Notes: generated from the letters alone by a model not told the origin. Positions 10,067 through 19,667 are shown, numbered from the stretch's first letter. The stretch: DNA of 64,000 nucleotides from an uncultured delta proteobacterium (GCA_963798485.1 CAWCTR010000014.1:256001-320000), one strand, 5' to 3'. A program made the numbers and translations.

Positions 10067-11391
10067 GAATTTTCGAATCTCACATCCAGGAAATGCGCCG
10101 AACATGAGATGCAGGGATCATAGGCCCTCACCAGCATCTCCAGGGCGAGGGTGATCTCCTGCTCCGTCTTGTCAAGGATGCCGGGAACCAGGCTCTTCAT
10201 GTCTTGTTCGATGTTGTTGATGTTCTGGGCGGTCGGGATAATGCAGTTGGCGTTTTTTATCATTCCCTTTCCGTCCGTCTCATAGTTGTGATACAGGGTG
10301 CCGCGCGGGGCCTCGACGGCGCCCACACCGTTTCCTGCCCTTACCGGCAGGGTGTGCTTTTCATTCAGGCCCACGAGCATCAGTTCCTCCTGTTTAATAC
10401 CATGCTCCATGAAGTATTCGATGATGCCGATAGCATGGTCGAGGCAGTGGACGCATTCAATGAGCTGGGCCACGGTATTGAGGTACGGATTGTGAACAGG
10501 CGGTTTGTACCCGGCTGCATTGGCAACCATCTTGGCGCCTGCACAGAGCTTGTTAAAATTCAGGTTCGTCCTGGCCAAGGCGCCGACGGCATAAGATTCC
10601 CTGCTTAATCTCGCATACTTCGCAGAAGAGTGCTCGACAATGAATTCATTCGCCACCTTTTTATAGTCCTTCTTGTGCAGGCGTTTCCCGTCCGACGACC
10701 CGATGTCACCTGTGAGCAGGGGGTAGCCGGGCCCGTCATTCACGAGCCCCACATATTCGGTTTCCCTTTCGAATTCAGGAAACCTGAGCTGAAGCGCAAG
10801 GTCCACCGTTGCATCCATGTCGGGCTGCATGCCCATAAGGAGAGAGTGCATGGACTCGAGGTCTTTTGCATGGGGAAGCTTCGTGAAGCCGCCTACGATG
10901 CATGAGATGGGGTGGATATGCCTGCCCACAAGTATGTCGCACACGTCATTGCAGGTCTTCTTCATGCGCAGCGCCCTTCTTACAACCTTGGGGTGCGTGT
11001 CGATGAGGGGCACGAAACTCTTGACGCCGAGCAGGTCGGGCGCGGCAAGCAGGTATATGTGGAGGATATGGCTGTCCAGGATCTCCATGTCCAGCAGGAG
11101 CTCGCGCAGCTTGGTTGTCTGATCGGTCGGCTCGATGCCCAGGGCATCCTCCGCTGCCTGGACGGATGCCAGCGTATGGGCACATGCGCAGATGCCGCAG
11201 ATCCTGGAGGTGATGTGCTGGGCCTCGAATATGGACCTGCCCCTGAGCATGCCTTCGAAGAAACGGGGCGCTTCGACGATTTCCAGGTTGCATTTTTTGA
11301 GCACTCCGTTTGTTACGTCCACCACGATGTTCCCGTGTCCTTCCACCCTGGTCAGATATTCGACGTTCACCGAGATGTTTTTATGCGCCAT
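10063..11391 (-). CDS. Group 3b-type [NiFe]-hydrogenase large (alpha) subunit
   Basis: TRVEGHG, L1 RICGIC, EAPRG, L2 DPCISCSAH plus short cleavable tail; beta-gamma-delta-alpha gene order. Confidence 0.93.
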   Translation of the reverse strand: MAHKNISVNVEYLTRVEGHGNIVVDVTNGVLKKCNLEIVEAPRFFEGMLRGRSIFEAQHITSRICGICACAHTLASVQAAEDALGIEPTDQTTKLRELLLDMEILDSHILHIYLLAAPDLLGVKSFVPLIDTHPKVVRRALRMKKTCNDVCDILVGRHIHPISCIVGGFTKLPHAKDLESMHSLLMGMQPDMDATVDLALQLRFPEFERETEYVGLVNDGPGYPLLTGDIGSSDGKRLHKKDYKKVANEFIVEHSSAKYARLSRESYAVGALARTNLNFNKLCAGAKMVANAAGYKPPVHNPYLNTVAQLIECVHCLDHAIGIIEYFMEHGIKQEELMLVGLNEKHTLPVRAGNGVGAVEAPRGTLYHNYETDGKGMIKNANCIIPTAQNINNIEQDMKSLVPGILDKTEQEITLALEMLVRAYDPCISCSAHFLDVRFENS

Positions 11392-12133
11392 CTTCGTCCA
11401 GCTCTCTGCATTTATTATACATGTCCATCTTTTTCATCACCAGGTCCAGCGGTATCTTGTACATTTCAATTACATCCTTCATGGCATTCTCGGCAGGATT
11501 GGTCACCATGCCCCGGCATCCGTAACAGATGTTGCCATGGTTGATGCACCATGAATTGCACCCGGCCTTGGTGACCGGGCCCAGGCAGGTGACGCCCCGG
11601 TCGTACATGCAGACATTCTCGTTGAGCTTGCATTCGACGCACACTGCCTTGTCCGGCACATGGTAGGGGACGCCTAAAAGGGCCGATTTCAAAACCTCGA
11701 TGAACTCTGGCTGGTAGATGGGACACCCGTTCACGAAGTAATCCACGTCCACCACCTGGTGGACGGCCCTGGTCTTTATCGTCGGGAAGAATGCATGGTC
11801 CTTGCCGTAGACATAATGTCTGATATCCTTAAGATCGAAATTGTTCTTCATCCCGTTCACGCCGCCTATGGTTGCGCATGATCCGTATGCCATGATGATC
11901 TTTGAACGCTCCCGGATCTTTTTGATGCGCTCCACTGCATGCTCGGTGGTGATGCTCCCCTCGATGATGGAGATATCATAATTCTTGTCCCATTTCTCGG
12001 ACATGACCTCCCGGAATTCCACCAGATCGATGGATCCGATGATATCGAGCAGCATCTCCCCGAAGTTTGCCACCTGCAGTTGGCACCCTTCACAACAGGC
12101 GAAATCGAAAAAGGCCACTTTCGGTTTGATCAT
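11381..12133 (-). CDS. Group 3b hydrogenase small (delta) subunit
   Basis: CCEGC, GSCA, GCP, CVEC...CLGP...GC...CYGCRG cysteine pattern. Confidence 0.92.
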   Translation of the reverse strand: MIKPKVAFFDFACCEGCQLQVANFGEMLLDIIGSIDLVEFREVMSEKWDKNYDISIIEGSITTEHAVERIKKIRERSKIIMAYGSCATIGGVNGMKNNFDLKDIRHYVYGKDHAFFPTIKTRAVHQVVDVDYFVNGCPIYQPEFIEVLKSALLGVPYHVPDKAVCVECKLNENVCMYDRGVTCLGPVTKAGCNSWCINHGNICYGCRGMVTNPAENAMKDVIEMYKIPLDLVMKKMDMYNKCRELDEDGA

Positions 12134-12976
12134 TCAGATTGCCCCCCGCAGGTTTTTTATCCGGTTGTAGCGGAAGACGGGTCCGTCCTGGCAGCAGTAG
12201 ATGTTGTGGATCTGGCAGTGGCCGCACTTCCCCAGGCCGCACTTCATGTGCCTTTCCAGGGAAACCAGGATCTGGTCCTCCGGGACGCCCTTTGCGAGCA
12301 ATTCCTTAATGACGAATTTGTACATCACCGGCGGCCCGACAATGATGCCGAAGGTATAGTGGGGGTTGATGGTTTCTTCGGGTATCAGCGTGGTTATCAC
12401 ACCCACATGGCCCTTCCAGTCCGGGTCGGCCTTGTCCACGGTGCATTGAAAGCTGACATCGATCCGTTTGCCCCACTGGTCCACCTCATCTCCGAAAAGG
12501 ATGCTCTGGGGCGTGTTGCAGCCCAGGAGGATGGAAACCTTTCCAAAGTCGCGCCGGTTATCGATGACGTAGTTGATCAGGGAGCGCAATGGGGCAAGCC
12601 CGAGGCCGCCCGCGATCATGAGGAGGTCGTTCCCTTCCAGGATACTCACCGGGAAACCTTTCCCGTAGGGGCCGCGGATACCGATCTCGTCACCCACTTC
12701 CAAGCCGTGCATGACGGAAGTCAGCTTGCCTATCTTTCTGACGCACAGTTCGAAGCTCCCGCGGAGTGTGGGAGAGGAACATACGGAAATAGGTGCCTCC
12801 CCGGCATCCAGGATGGACACCTCGACAAACTGCCCCGGTTCATGGTCCAGATACTCCCCATTGTTGAAGCGGATCTCGAACAGCTGCTCTTTGTCCGTCA
12901 GGACCTTTTTGCGGATGATCTTTGCCGGTTTTATCTCGTATGCGGAGTCCCTGATCACTACCTTTTCCAGGCTCAT
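12134..12976 (-). CDS. Group 3b hydrogenase gamma subunit (FAD/NAD(P)-binding, 2Fe-2S)
   Basis: PGQF, RGPYGKGF, AGGLGLAP, GPPVM, MKCGLGKCGHC...CQDGPVF; start ATG 12976 overlaps beta stop. Confidence 0.92.
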   Translation of the reverse strand: MSLEKVVIRDSAYEIKPAKIIRKKVLTDKEQLFEIRFNNGEYLDHEPGQFVEVSILDAGEAPISVCSSPTLRGSFELCVRKIGKLTSVMHGLEVGDEIGIRGPYGKGFPVSILEGNDLLMIAGGLGLAPLRSLINYVIDNRRDFGKVSILLGCNTPQSILFGDEVDQWGKRIDVSFQCTVDKADPDWKGHVGVITTLIPEETINPHYTFGIIVGPPVMYKFVIKELLAKGVPEDQILVSLERHMKCGLGKCGHCQIHNIYCCQDGPVFRYNRIKNLRGAI

Positions 12977-14007
12977 ATGCCCACCTTTTTCAACGAGGTG
13001 ATCGTTTCCTTCAGGTTGATTTTTGCCATGCAGGTTCTGCTGCATCTCCCGCATCCGGTGCAGTAGAACCGGTTGAACCGGTCGTTATGGTACTTGAATT
13101 TCCGGTAGAAACGGTGACGCAGCCTGTCGCTTCGCTCACCCCTGAAACTCTCGCCGCTTGCTATCTTGGCAAAGGGTTCATTCTGGCATGAATCCCACAC
13201 ACGCACCCTCCTGCCCGTCTTCAGATCCAAGTTCGGGATATCCATGACATCGAAGCAGTAACACGTGGGACACACGTTCGTGCAGTTGCCGCATGATACG
13301 CATCTTTCCCCGATCTCCTTCCATACGCCGTGATCGAACCCCCTATCGAACAAGGCCGGGATTTCATTCCTGTCGACATCCACCTCATTCCTGAAAATGT
13401 GCCTTTTCTTCACCCTCAGGTCTTCAAGGGCCTTGAGATGAGGTGAACGTGCTTCCTTGATGAAGTTCATTTTCTCTATCAGGGCATCGCCGGTCTCGGT
13501 CTGAATGTGGATGAGATAGTCGTCCCCGATGTCGGTGAAAAAGAGGTCGTACCCGCCGAAGGGGATATGATTGCCCATGAGCGCACAGCTTGCATAGCCG
13601 TCACAGTAATCGTTGCACTCGAATCCCATGATGATCAGTTTGTTCTTCCTGAAGAGATAGTGGAGATCCTTGGGTCTGTCGGACAGGACGATGTTCAGGC
13701 ACTGGATCCCCGCCAGGTCGCAGGTATGGACCGCGAAGAGAACCAAGGGTTCATATTCCACGACCACCTTTGTCTTCGGGCTTTCGTTGAGGTCGTACTC
13801 GATCAGCGTCTCATACTGGGGCATGAAGTACTTCTTGGGTGGTATGATGGTGGGTATATACTCCATTGAGATCTGATCAGCGGACGCTACCTCTTCAAAG
13901 GCGTAATTGTTGTATCCCTTGTGAACAGGGGCGACCACTTTCTGTTTCGCGGAGAGCTGTACAATGAAACTGTTCAACTGTTTTTTTTCCAATACCACAT
14001 AGTTCAT
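12973..14007 (-). CDS. Group 3b hydrogenase beta subunit (AsrA-like 4Fe-4S protein)
   Basis: CVSCGNCTNVCPTCYC, WDSC, CTGCGRCSRTC. Confidence 0.92.
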   Translation of the reverse strand: MNYVVLEKKQLNSFIVQLSAKQKVVAPVHKGYNNYAFEEVASADQISMEYIPTIIPPKKYFMPQYETLIEYDLNESPKTKVVVEYEPLVLFAVHTCDLAGIQCLNIVLSDRPKDLHYLFRKNKLIIMGFECNDYCDGYASCALMGNHIPFGGYDLFFTDIGDDYLIHIQTETGDALIEKMNFIKEARSPHLKALEDLRVKKRHIFRNEVDVDRNEIPALFDRGFDHGVWKEIGERCVSCGNCTNVCPTCYCFDVMDIPNLDLKTGRRVRVWDSCQNEPFAKIASGESFRGERSDRLRHRFYRKFKYHNDRFNRFYCTGCGRCSRTCMAKINLKETITSLKKVGI

Positions 14008-14230
14008 CTTACTTCCTTAATCCGGGGTTACGGATCATTTTCTTTAAACACCCGCTAAAACTATACTGTTTATTATTATAAGAGACCGTGACATGCAGGC
14101 AAGGGGTGTATCAGTGTTTGAAAAGTGCATGGAGCCGGCCCTGGTTATTACCAGGAGGTATTGACTATGTCGATTTGCAGGCTATTTACGCTATGAACAT
14201 ACATGAGCAAAACTCGAAAGGAGTTCTCTT

Positions 14231-14902
14231 ATGAAAAAAGTTGCATTAATTCTTCCTTCTCTCATAGCACTCCTTATATGTTGTTCCTCCTTATCAGCAG
14301 CTGATGTAAATAAAGAAACGAACAACAACTTATCGCTCAATCAGGCATTGCAGGAGATCATGAAAGCCCAAGGTGTTAATGATGTTAAATCCATTGATTG
14401 CAGCAAAGTGACGGAAAAGCAGCTGCAAGTTCTTGGTGATGCGTTCATGGATATTATGCACCCGGATTCTGCAGAGCATGATTTCATGGACAGGATGATG
14501 GGCGGTAAAGACTCGCCGACACTGGAATCGATGCATAGGATTATGGGTGCCCGGTATCTGGGCTGTTATGGAGGAGATGAGTCATTCGGCATGATGTATC
14601 CATTTTGGGGCGGGAGGGGTTACGGAAATGGGGCTGGAAATTATAACAGGAGGTGGCCGCCGATGATGTACGGGTATGGCCCTTATGGTCAATGGGGAAT
14701 GATGGGCACTTATGGAGGAATTTACATGTGGATCCTATTTCTTATAATACTTGCTTTCGTTGTCTACCTGGTGGTGAGATGGACAAAACCTGCAGGAGCC
14801 GGTACGGGTGAATCGCCACTCGACATTCTCAAGAAGAGGTATGCCCGCGGCGAGATCACAAAGGATGAGTTCGAGCAGAAGAAAAAAGATCTCGGCCTGT
14901 AA
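14231..14902 (+). CDS. Exported Met/Gly-rich membrane protein with C-terminal SHOCT domain
   Basis: Signal peptide; MHP..EHDFMDRMMGG; TM helix then PLDILKKRYARGEITKDEFEQKKKDL (SHOCT). Confidence 0.8.
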   Translation: MKKVALILPSLIALLICCSSLSAADVNKETNNNLSLNQALQEIMKAQGVNDVKSIDCSKVTEKQLQVLGDAFMDIMHPDSAEHDFMDRMMGGKDSPTLESMHRIMGARYLGCYGGDESFGMMYPFWGGRGYGNGAGNYNRRWPPMMYGYGPYGQWGMMGTYGGIYMWILFLIILAFVVYLVVRWTKPAGAGTGESPLDILKKRYARGEITKDEFEQKKKDLGL

Positions 14903-14963
14903 GAAACCGGAGCCTGTTTCCGTGCCTTGGGTATAATGGTGCATATGTATTCCAGGGAGATGT

Positions 14964-15350
14964 ATGAAATACTATTTCAGTAAAACCCTCGACATTCACT
15001 TTGATGAAACGGTTTCAAGAGTTATGGATGAGCTGAAAAAAGAGGGTTTTGGAGTTCTCACTGATATCGATGTTCAGAAGACATTGAAGAACAAGCTTGA
15101 TGTCGACTTCAAGAAGTACAGGATCCTAGGCGCCTGCAACCCGCACTTTGCTTACAAGGCCCTGCTTGCAGAGGACAAGATCGGCACCATGCTTCCCTGC
15201 AATGTCATAGTACGAGAAGCTGAGGGTGATAAGGTCGAGGTCGCTGCCATCAATCCTATCACTTCCATGCAGGTAGTCCAAAACTCTTCACTAGGAGAGA
15301 TCGCTGCACAGGTTCAGGCTAAACTGAAAAAGGTAATAGATTCCTTATAA
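14964..15350 (+). CDS. DUF302 domain protein
   Basis: GFGVLTDID...YRILGACNP...IGTMLPCNVIV. Confidence 0.9.
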   Translation: MKYYFSKTLDIHFDETVSRVMDELKKEGFGVLTDIDVQKTLKNKLDVDFKKYRILGACNPHFAYKALLAEDKIGTMLPCNVIVREAEGDKVEVAAINPITSMQVVQNSSLGEIAAQVQAKLKKVIDSL

Positions 15351-15367
15351 TTTTAGCATCTACATAT

Positions 15368-15823
15368 TTAATAGACGGATTTCATCCACCCTGTTTGTTT
15401 GTTAACCATGAGTTTATCCACAAGCGAACCATCTTTGGTGACGATCTCCGCCTCGAAGTATTTATCGTTATCAGTGATTTTTCCACTCTTGAGATTAGGA
15501 TTCCCCATGGTGGTAAGATAATGTTCCACAAGCACCTTTGCCTGATCCATCGTTATGGGTTGTCCGGAACGGTTGTAACTACGATGTCCGTAGCCTGGTC
15601 CGGACCCCATCATGCCTCCTTGTCCCCAACCAGGACCTCCGCTCCAGTCTCCACGATTCCACATCATTCCCGGCCCCATGCCGTCTTGACCGGCCCATGG
15701 GCAGAACCAGCCTTGATCTTGAGAAGGAGTAGGCCCACCCTTTTCATCAGCGAAAGAGAGCTGGAAGGCACCAATCGCCAAGGTAACTAAGAGTGCTAGA
15801 CCAAACATTTTTGTTATCTTCAT
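15368..15823 (-). CDS. Exported Gly/Met-rich protein with PepSY-like C-terminus
   Basis: Signal peptide, GMGPGMM/GMMGSG segments, FEAEIVTKDGSLVDKLMVNKQTGWM; SD AGGAGG before ATG 15823. Confidence 0.7.
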   Translation of the reverse strand: MKITKMFGLALLVTLAIGAFQLSFADEKGGPTPSQDQGWFCPWAGQDGMGPGMMWNRGDWSGGPGWGQGGMMGSGPGYGHRSYNRSGQPITMDQAKVLVEHYLTTMGNPNLKSGKITDNDKYFEAEIVTKDGSLVDKLMVNKQTGWMKSVY

Positions 15824-15883
15824 AGATTCCTCCTTTGAGCAAATTAACAATGAATAGGGGTTAATGATGAGAAAACAAGATTC

Positions 15884-15910
15884 AACATTGATTTATCTCA
15901 TATCAATGTT
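15884..15910. promoter_or_regulatory. Perfect 9-bp inverted repeat AACATTGAT-N9-ATCAATGTT, candidate operator
   Basis: Read directly; lies between divergent genes (15823 minus, 15997 plus). Confidence 0.4.
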
Positions 15911-15996
15911 ATATTCTGTAAACTAAACAATGTACTCAATCGTCTGTATATAGAAGACAACATAATGGAATTATCAATAAAGAGATCGGAGTTGTA

Positions 15997-16281
15997 ATGA
16001 AAAGGATATTGATAACTCTCAGTGTCCTTTTGCTGTTCTCTGCCGTATGCCTTTCATCTCAAGCCACAAAATCTGTAAAAGCAATGCCTTATGCAAACAC
16101 CGCTTACAAGGCCTCTCTCGTCAATAACATGAAAGGCAGCGTTGAGGAAGCTCCCTTAGCCATACTTGGTCCAGAAACCAGCGCTGTAATAATAATTGCA
16201 AAAAATGAACAGAGATACGTTGTGTCATCATGGTCAGCTCAACCACTATCTACCTTATATGCAAGACCACCCCCTTTCTAA
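15997..16281 (+). CDS. Small exported protein ending in RPPPF; candidate ribosome-arrest leader peptide
   Basis: N-terminal signal peptide, C-terminal LYARPPPF-stop, SD GGAG upstream. Confidence 0.6.
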   Translation: MKRILITLSVLLLFSAVCLSSQATKSVKAMPYANTAYKASLVNNMKGSVEEAPLAILGPETSAVIIIAKNEQRYVVSSWSAQPLSTLYARPPPF

Positions 16282-16460
16282 AATTACCTGAGATCAATCT
16301 TCAAGTACTGGATATCGGCATTATTCTCAGGTATTCAGTCATCAATAGCCTGAAGTCTGAAATGTAAAGTTACTACATTAGGCCATTGATGATCAGGGGG
16401 TTTATAACCAGGACAGTAATAGCCACCTTCATATGCATAAAATAAATACCTGAATGGAGG

Positions 16461-16904
16461 TTGCCCATGAAAAATTCATGGCTATTTATACTTGTTTTCA
16501 TGGTTCTAGGTATAGAAGTGATTCTTCTGTATGGTGCTAAGAATATTGTTGATAAAGCAGATGAGGATAATACCTATATTCAACAAGTGGTCACACAACC
16601 AATCCTTTCCGCCCCAACAATAAAAGCAGATGTATCTGCTCCAAAGCAAAGCCTGGCAGATGGGACAGTGGCTCCAGGAACTAATGAAATCCATTTCGAT
16701 TCTGTCATGCCCTATCTCGAGCCTGATGTGCCGGATATATTGAATCCAAAGATGTTCTTCCTCAAGTCATCTCCTGATTTTAAAATTCAGGTCAAACAAA
16801 GTCCTGCCAGTAAAAATACTGGGGGAGAATACCCCTCACGTGGTGACCGGAGAGATAGGACGTACCATAACTATCTTGCTGAGTCGAGGGTTGAGAGAAA
16901 ATAA
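16461..16904 (+). CDS. Hypothetical protein with N-terminal TM anchor
   Basis: SD GGAGG at 16456-16460; hydrophobic N-terminus; no recognised motif. Confidence 0.55.
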   Translation: MPMKNSWLFILVFMVLGIEVILLYGAKNIVDKADEDNTYIQQVVTQPILSAPTIKADVSAPKQSLADGTVAPGTNEIHFDSVMPYLEPDVPDILNPKMFFLKSSPDFKIQVKQSPASKNTGGEYPSRGDRRDRTYHNYLAESRVERK

Positions 16905-16937
16905 CCCTTATCCATATCCTTCTTTCGAGGTGAAACC

Positions 16938-17246
16938 ATGATAGAAAATAATTCACAAGGTTTAAAAAGTCATCATATCCTCTCTACTTCATCAAATTTG
17001 CTGGGGATATGTTTTTTGATTTTCAATATAATAAGGGTATCAAAAATGCACGAAAAGACCTTGCTTGATACTATATGCTTGGTCCCAATGCTCCTGTTCA
17101 TGGCAGCGAGCATATTTTCATATGTTTCGATTCGTTCTTCGACAAATCAAGTTTCCTATGAACAGTGTGCGGATATGATATTCATTGGCGCTTTATGTTC
17201 TTTGTGCGTGATTACAATAGTGTCTGTTCTTGGGTTAGTCTATTAG
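16938..17246 (+). CDS. Small 3-TM hypothetical membrane protein
   Basis: HILSTSSNLLGICF start, three hydrophobic segments, SD GAGGTG. Confidence 0.65.
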   Translation: MIENNSQGLKSHHILSTSSNLLGICFLIFNIIRVSKMHEKTLLDTICLVPMLLFMAASIFSYVSIRSSTNQVSYEQCADMIFIGALCSLCVITIVSVLGLVY

Positions 17247-17271
17247 TGGCATTAAACATACAAAGACAAGC

Positions 17272-17733
17272 TTAAGTGCGAAATAATCTATCCAGACTCT
17301 TAAAGGCTTGTGTGAGATTTTCCTTGGCCTTTTCCGACAGCCCTTCCCCATGCTCGAAGTCATAGCCTCGTATGGCAAGGAGCCAGGCCTCGGGGCAGGT
17401 ATGGTAGAGCACCTCGGTCAGCGCAAGGATACCCCCGCAGGTGATCTGGTGGAACAGGGGCAATGTCGAAGCTTCAGGGAAGACCCTGCTGAGCTTGACA
17501 GGATCCCCTTTAACGGCCGCGTCCACGAACACGACCATGTCGTATTGGCTAAGTGTTTCTGCCAGCTCAGGGTATATGCCGCCAACCAGCAGCACATCGG
17601 CGCCCGGCAACGTTGATCGTTCGACGAGGCGTATCCCTACGCCGTCGTCCCTGCGGTACTCGTTGCCGACACCGACAACAAGCCTTTTCTTATGATCGCT
17701 TCCGGGCGTCAACGAGGTTTCCTGCATGATCAT
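17272..17733 (-). CDS. Hydrogenase maturation protease (HoxW-like)
   Basis: GVGNEYRRDDGVG, FVDAA, PELAE motifs; downstream of hoxH. Confidence 0.88.
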   Translation of the reverse strand: MIMQETSLTPGSDHKKRLVVGVGNEYRRDDGVGIRLVERSTLPGADVLLVGGIYPELAETLSQYDMVVFVDAAVKGDPVKLSRVFPEASTLPLFHQITCGGILALTEVLYHTCPEAWLLAIRGYDFEHGEGLSEKAKENLTQAFKSLDRLFRT

Positions 17734-19111
17734 AGAGCTCCACTACCATGGGCATCTTGCCCACTGCATGGGTGGAGCAGGACAGACAGGGGTCGTAGCA
17801 TCTGATTGCCCCTTCGATCCGGTTCAGCACCCCCTCGGGAACGTCGCTGCCGGTGATATAACCCCTGGCTATGCAGTCCACCGCCTTGCTCATGGCCCAG
17901 TTGTTGTGGCCCGATGCAACGATGAGGTTCGCCTTGGTGATCATGCCGTCCCCGTTCACCCAGTAGTGGTGGAACAGGGTGCCCCTGGGCGCCTCGAGGG
18001 CGCCAACCCCTTCTGTGCACTGCACGGGTCCTTCGTGGAGGAGATCGCTGGAGAGGATGTCCGGGTCTTCCAGGATCTGTCCGGCCCGTTCCAGGGCATA
18101 GACGGCCTCTATGAGCCTGGCATAGTGGTAGTAGAAAGAGCTCTCTGCGGGTTTGCCGCTGTTCATGGCCCTGAAGCGGAGGAACTCCTGCTGGGCAATA
18201 GGTGTGCTGATCCTGTCCGCCACGTTGAGCCTGGCCAACGGGCCAACCCGGTAGAACCCCTCCTCGCCCAACGGCTTGAAGAAGGGGAACTTGAGGTAGT
18301 TCCAGTCCTCCACCTTCTCGCCGATGTGGCTGAGGTAGTATTTCGCCGGGAACTCATCGATGACCTTGCCGTCGCTGCCTGCGACCCTGACCATGCCGTC
18401 GTAGAGTTCCAGGGCGCCGTCCTCACCCACCAGGCCCATGTAGGCCGACGGGAACGAGGCGAAGTTGTCGCTCTCCTGTTTGTGATCGAGGATGAAATTC
18501 CGGATGATCGCCACACCCTCCAGGATATGCTTGATGTATTCGTCGATGCCCTTAAGGAGCCCGTCGCGCTTTTCTGCGGTCAGCGCCGTGTTCACGCCCC
18601 CGGGGATGGCGAATGTCGGGTGGATCCTCCTGCCTGTAACGGACTCGATGATGGTCTGGCCGTATTTTCTCAGCCTCACCGCTTTCAGCGCAAGCTCGGG
18701 GTTGGCCTTTACCAGCCCCACCACGTTGCGCAGCGCCGGGTCCGAGTCCCACCCGAGGATGATGTCGGGCCCTGCCAGCTCGAAGAAGTGCATGGCATGC
18801 GATTGGATGACCTGGCCCATGTGGATGAGCTCCCTGAGGAGCTTTGCCGTCCTGGGAATCTTCACGCCCAGGATCTCGTCGCATGCCTTGGCCGCGGCCA
18901 GGTGGTGGCTTACCGGGCAGATACCGCAGATACGCGGCGTTATGACCGGCATCTCCGGGAAGAACCTGCCTTCGGAGAACTTCTCAAATCCCCTGAACTG
19001 GTCCACGTGGAAATAGGTTCGGTCCACCTGACCTTCGTCGTTCAGGTATATGGTTACCTTGGCGTGTCCTTCTATCCTTGTGACCGGTGATATGGTTATC
19101 TTCTTTGACAT
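17690..19111 (-). CDS. hoxH: Hox-type (group 3d) [NiFe]-hydrogenase large subunit
   Basis: PVTRIEGHAK, RICGICPVSHHLA, EAPRGTLFHHY, DPCLSCSTHAVGKMP; start ATG 19111. Confidence 0.92.
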   Translation of the reverse strand: MSKKITISPVTRIEGHAKVTIYLNDEGQVDRTYFHVDQFRGFEKFSEGRFFPEMPVITPRICGICPVSHHLAAAKACDEILGVKIPRTAKLLRELIHMGQVIQSHAMHFFELAGPDIILGWDSDPALRNVVGLVKANPELALKAVRLRKYGQTIIESVTGRRIHPTFAIPGGVNTALTAEKRDGLLKGIDEYIKHILEGVAIIRNFILDHKQESDNFASFPSAYMGLVGEDGALELYDGMVRVAGSDGKVIDEFPAKYYLSHIGEKVEDWNYLKFPFFKPLGEEGFYRVGPLARLNVADRISTPIAQQEFLRFRAMNSGKPAESSFYYHYARLIEAVYALERAGQILEDPDILSSDLLHEGPVQCTEGVGALEAPRGTLFHHYWVNGDGMITKANLIVASGHNNWAMSKAVDCIARGYITGSDVPEGVLNRIEGAIRCYDPCLSCSTHAVGKMPMVVELYDHAGNLVDARKRS

Positions 19112-19121
19112 GGCGGCACCT

Positions 19122-19664
19122 CTAGTCGTAGTACAGGAGATCCTGGGTAAGCGCCGGAACCCTGCCTTCCACAAGCTCGTTCAACACATGGTAGATCACG
19201 TCGGCAGGCGGCGGGCACCCGGGGATGTAGAAATCCACCTTTACGGCCTCATTAACGGCGAGCACCTTGGGGAGGTGCTTTCCCAACTCATCCGAGGTGG
19301 GCGGCGTACCGTTCACCGTGCTCTCGGTCGTGACATAACCACGGTGGAGTAGCTCCTCCACGGTAAAATAATTCCTCATGGTATTGATCCCGCCGAACAC
19401 GGCGCAGTCGCCCAGGGCCACGATCATCTTGCACCGGTGCCTGAGCTCTTTAACCTCTTCCAGGTGGTGGTCCGTTGACACGGCCCCCTCTATGATGCCG
19501 ATGTCGGTGCCCATGGGGGGTATCTTCAGGTCGGTGATGGGTGTCGCAGTCAGAACAAGCCCTTTCCCGATGAGCTCCACGAGACGCTCATCCATGTCAA
19601 GCAGTGACATGTGGCATCCCGAGCACCCCTCGCACCAAGTGGATGCTATCTTAATGGTATTCAT
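19122..19664 (-). CDS. hoxY: Hox-type hydrogenase small subunit
   Basis: GCSGCHMS, GDCA, PGCPP; short (180 aa) proximal-cluster-only type. Confidence 0.92.
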   Translation of the reverse strand: MNTIKIASTWCEGCSGCHMSLLDMDERLVELIGKGLVLTATPITDLKIPPMGTDIGIIEGAVSTDHHLEEVKELRHRCKMIVALGDCAVFGGINTMRNYFTVEELLHRGYVTTESTVNGTPPTSDELGKHLPKVLAVNEAVKVDFYIPGCPPPADVIYHVLNELVEGRVPALTQDLLYYD

Positions 19665-19667
19665 GTC

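Noticed and set aside
11939-13066. 375-aa plus-strand ORF
   Set aside because: Antisense to hydrogenase gamma/delta genes; codon-bias artefact
17726-19090. 454-aa plus-strand ORF
   Set aside because: Antisense shadow of GC-rich hoxH; no motifs
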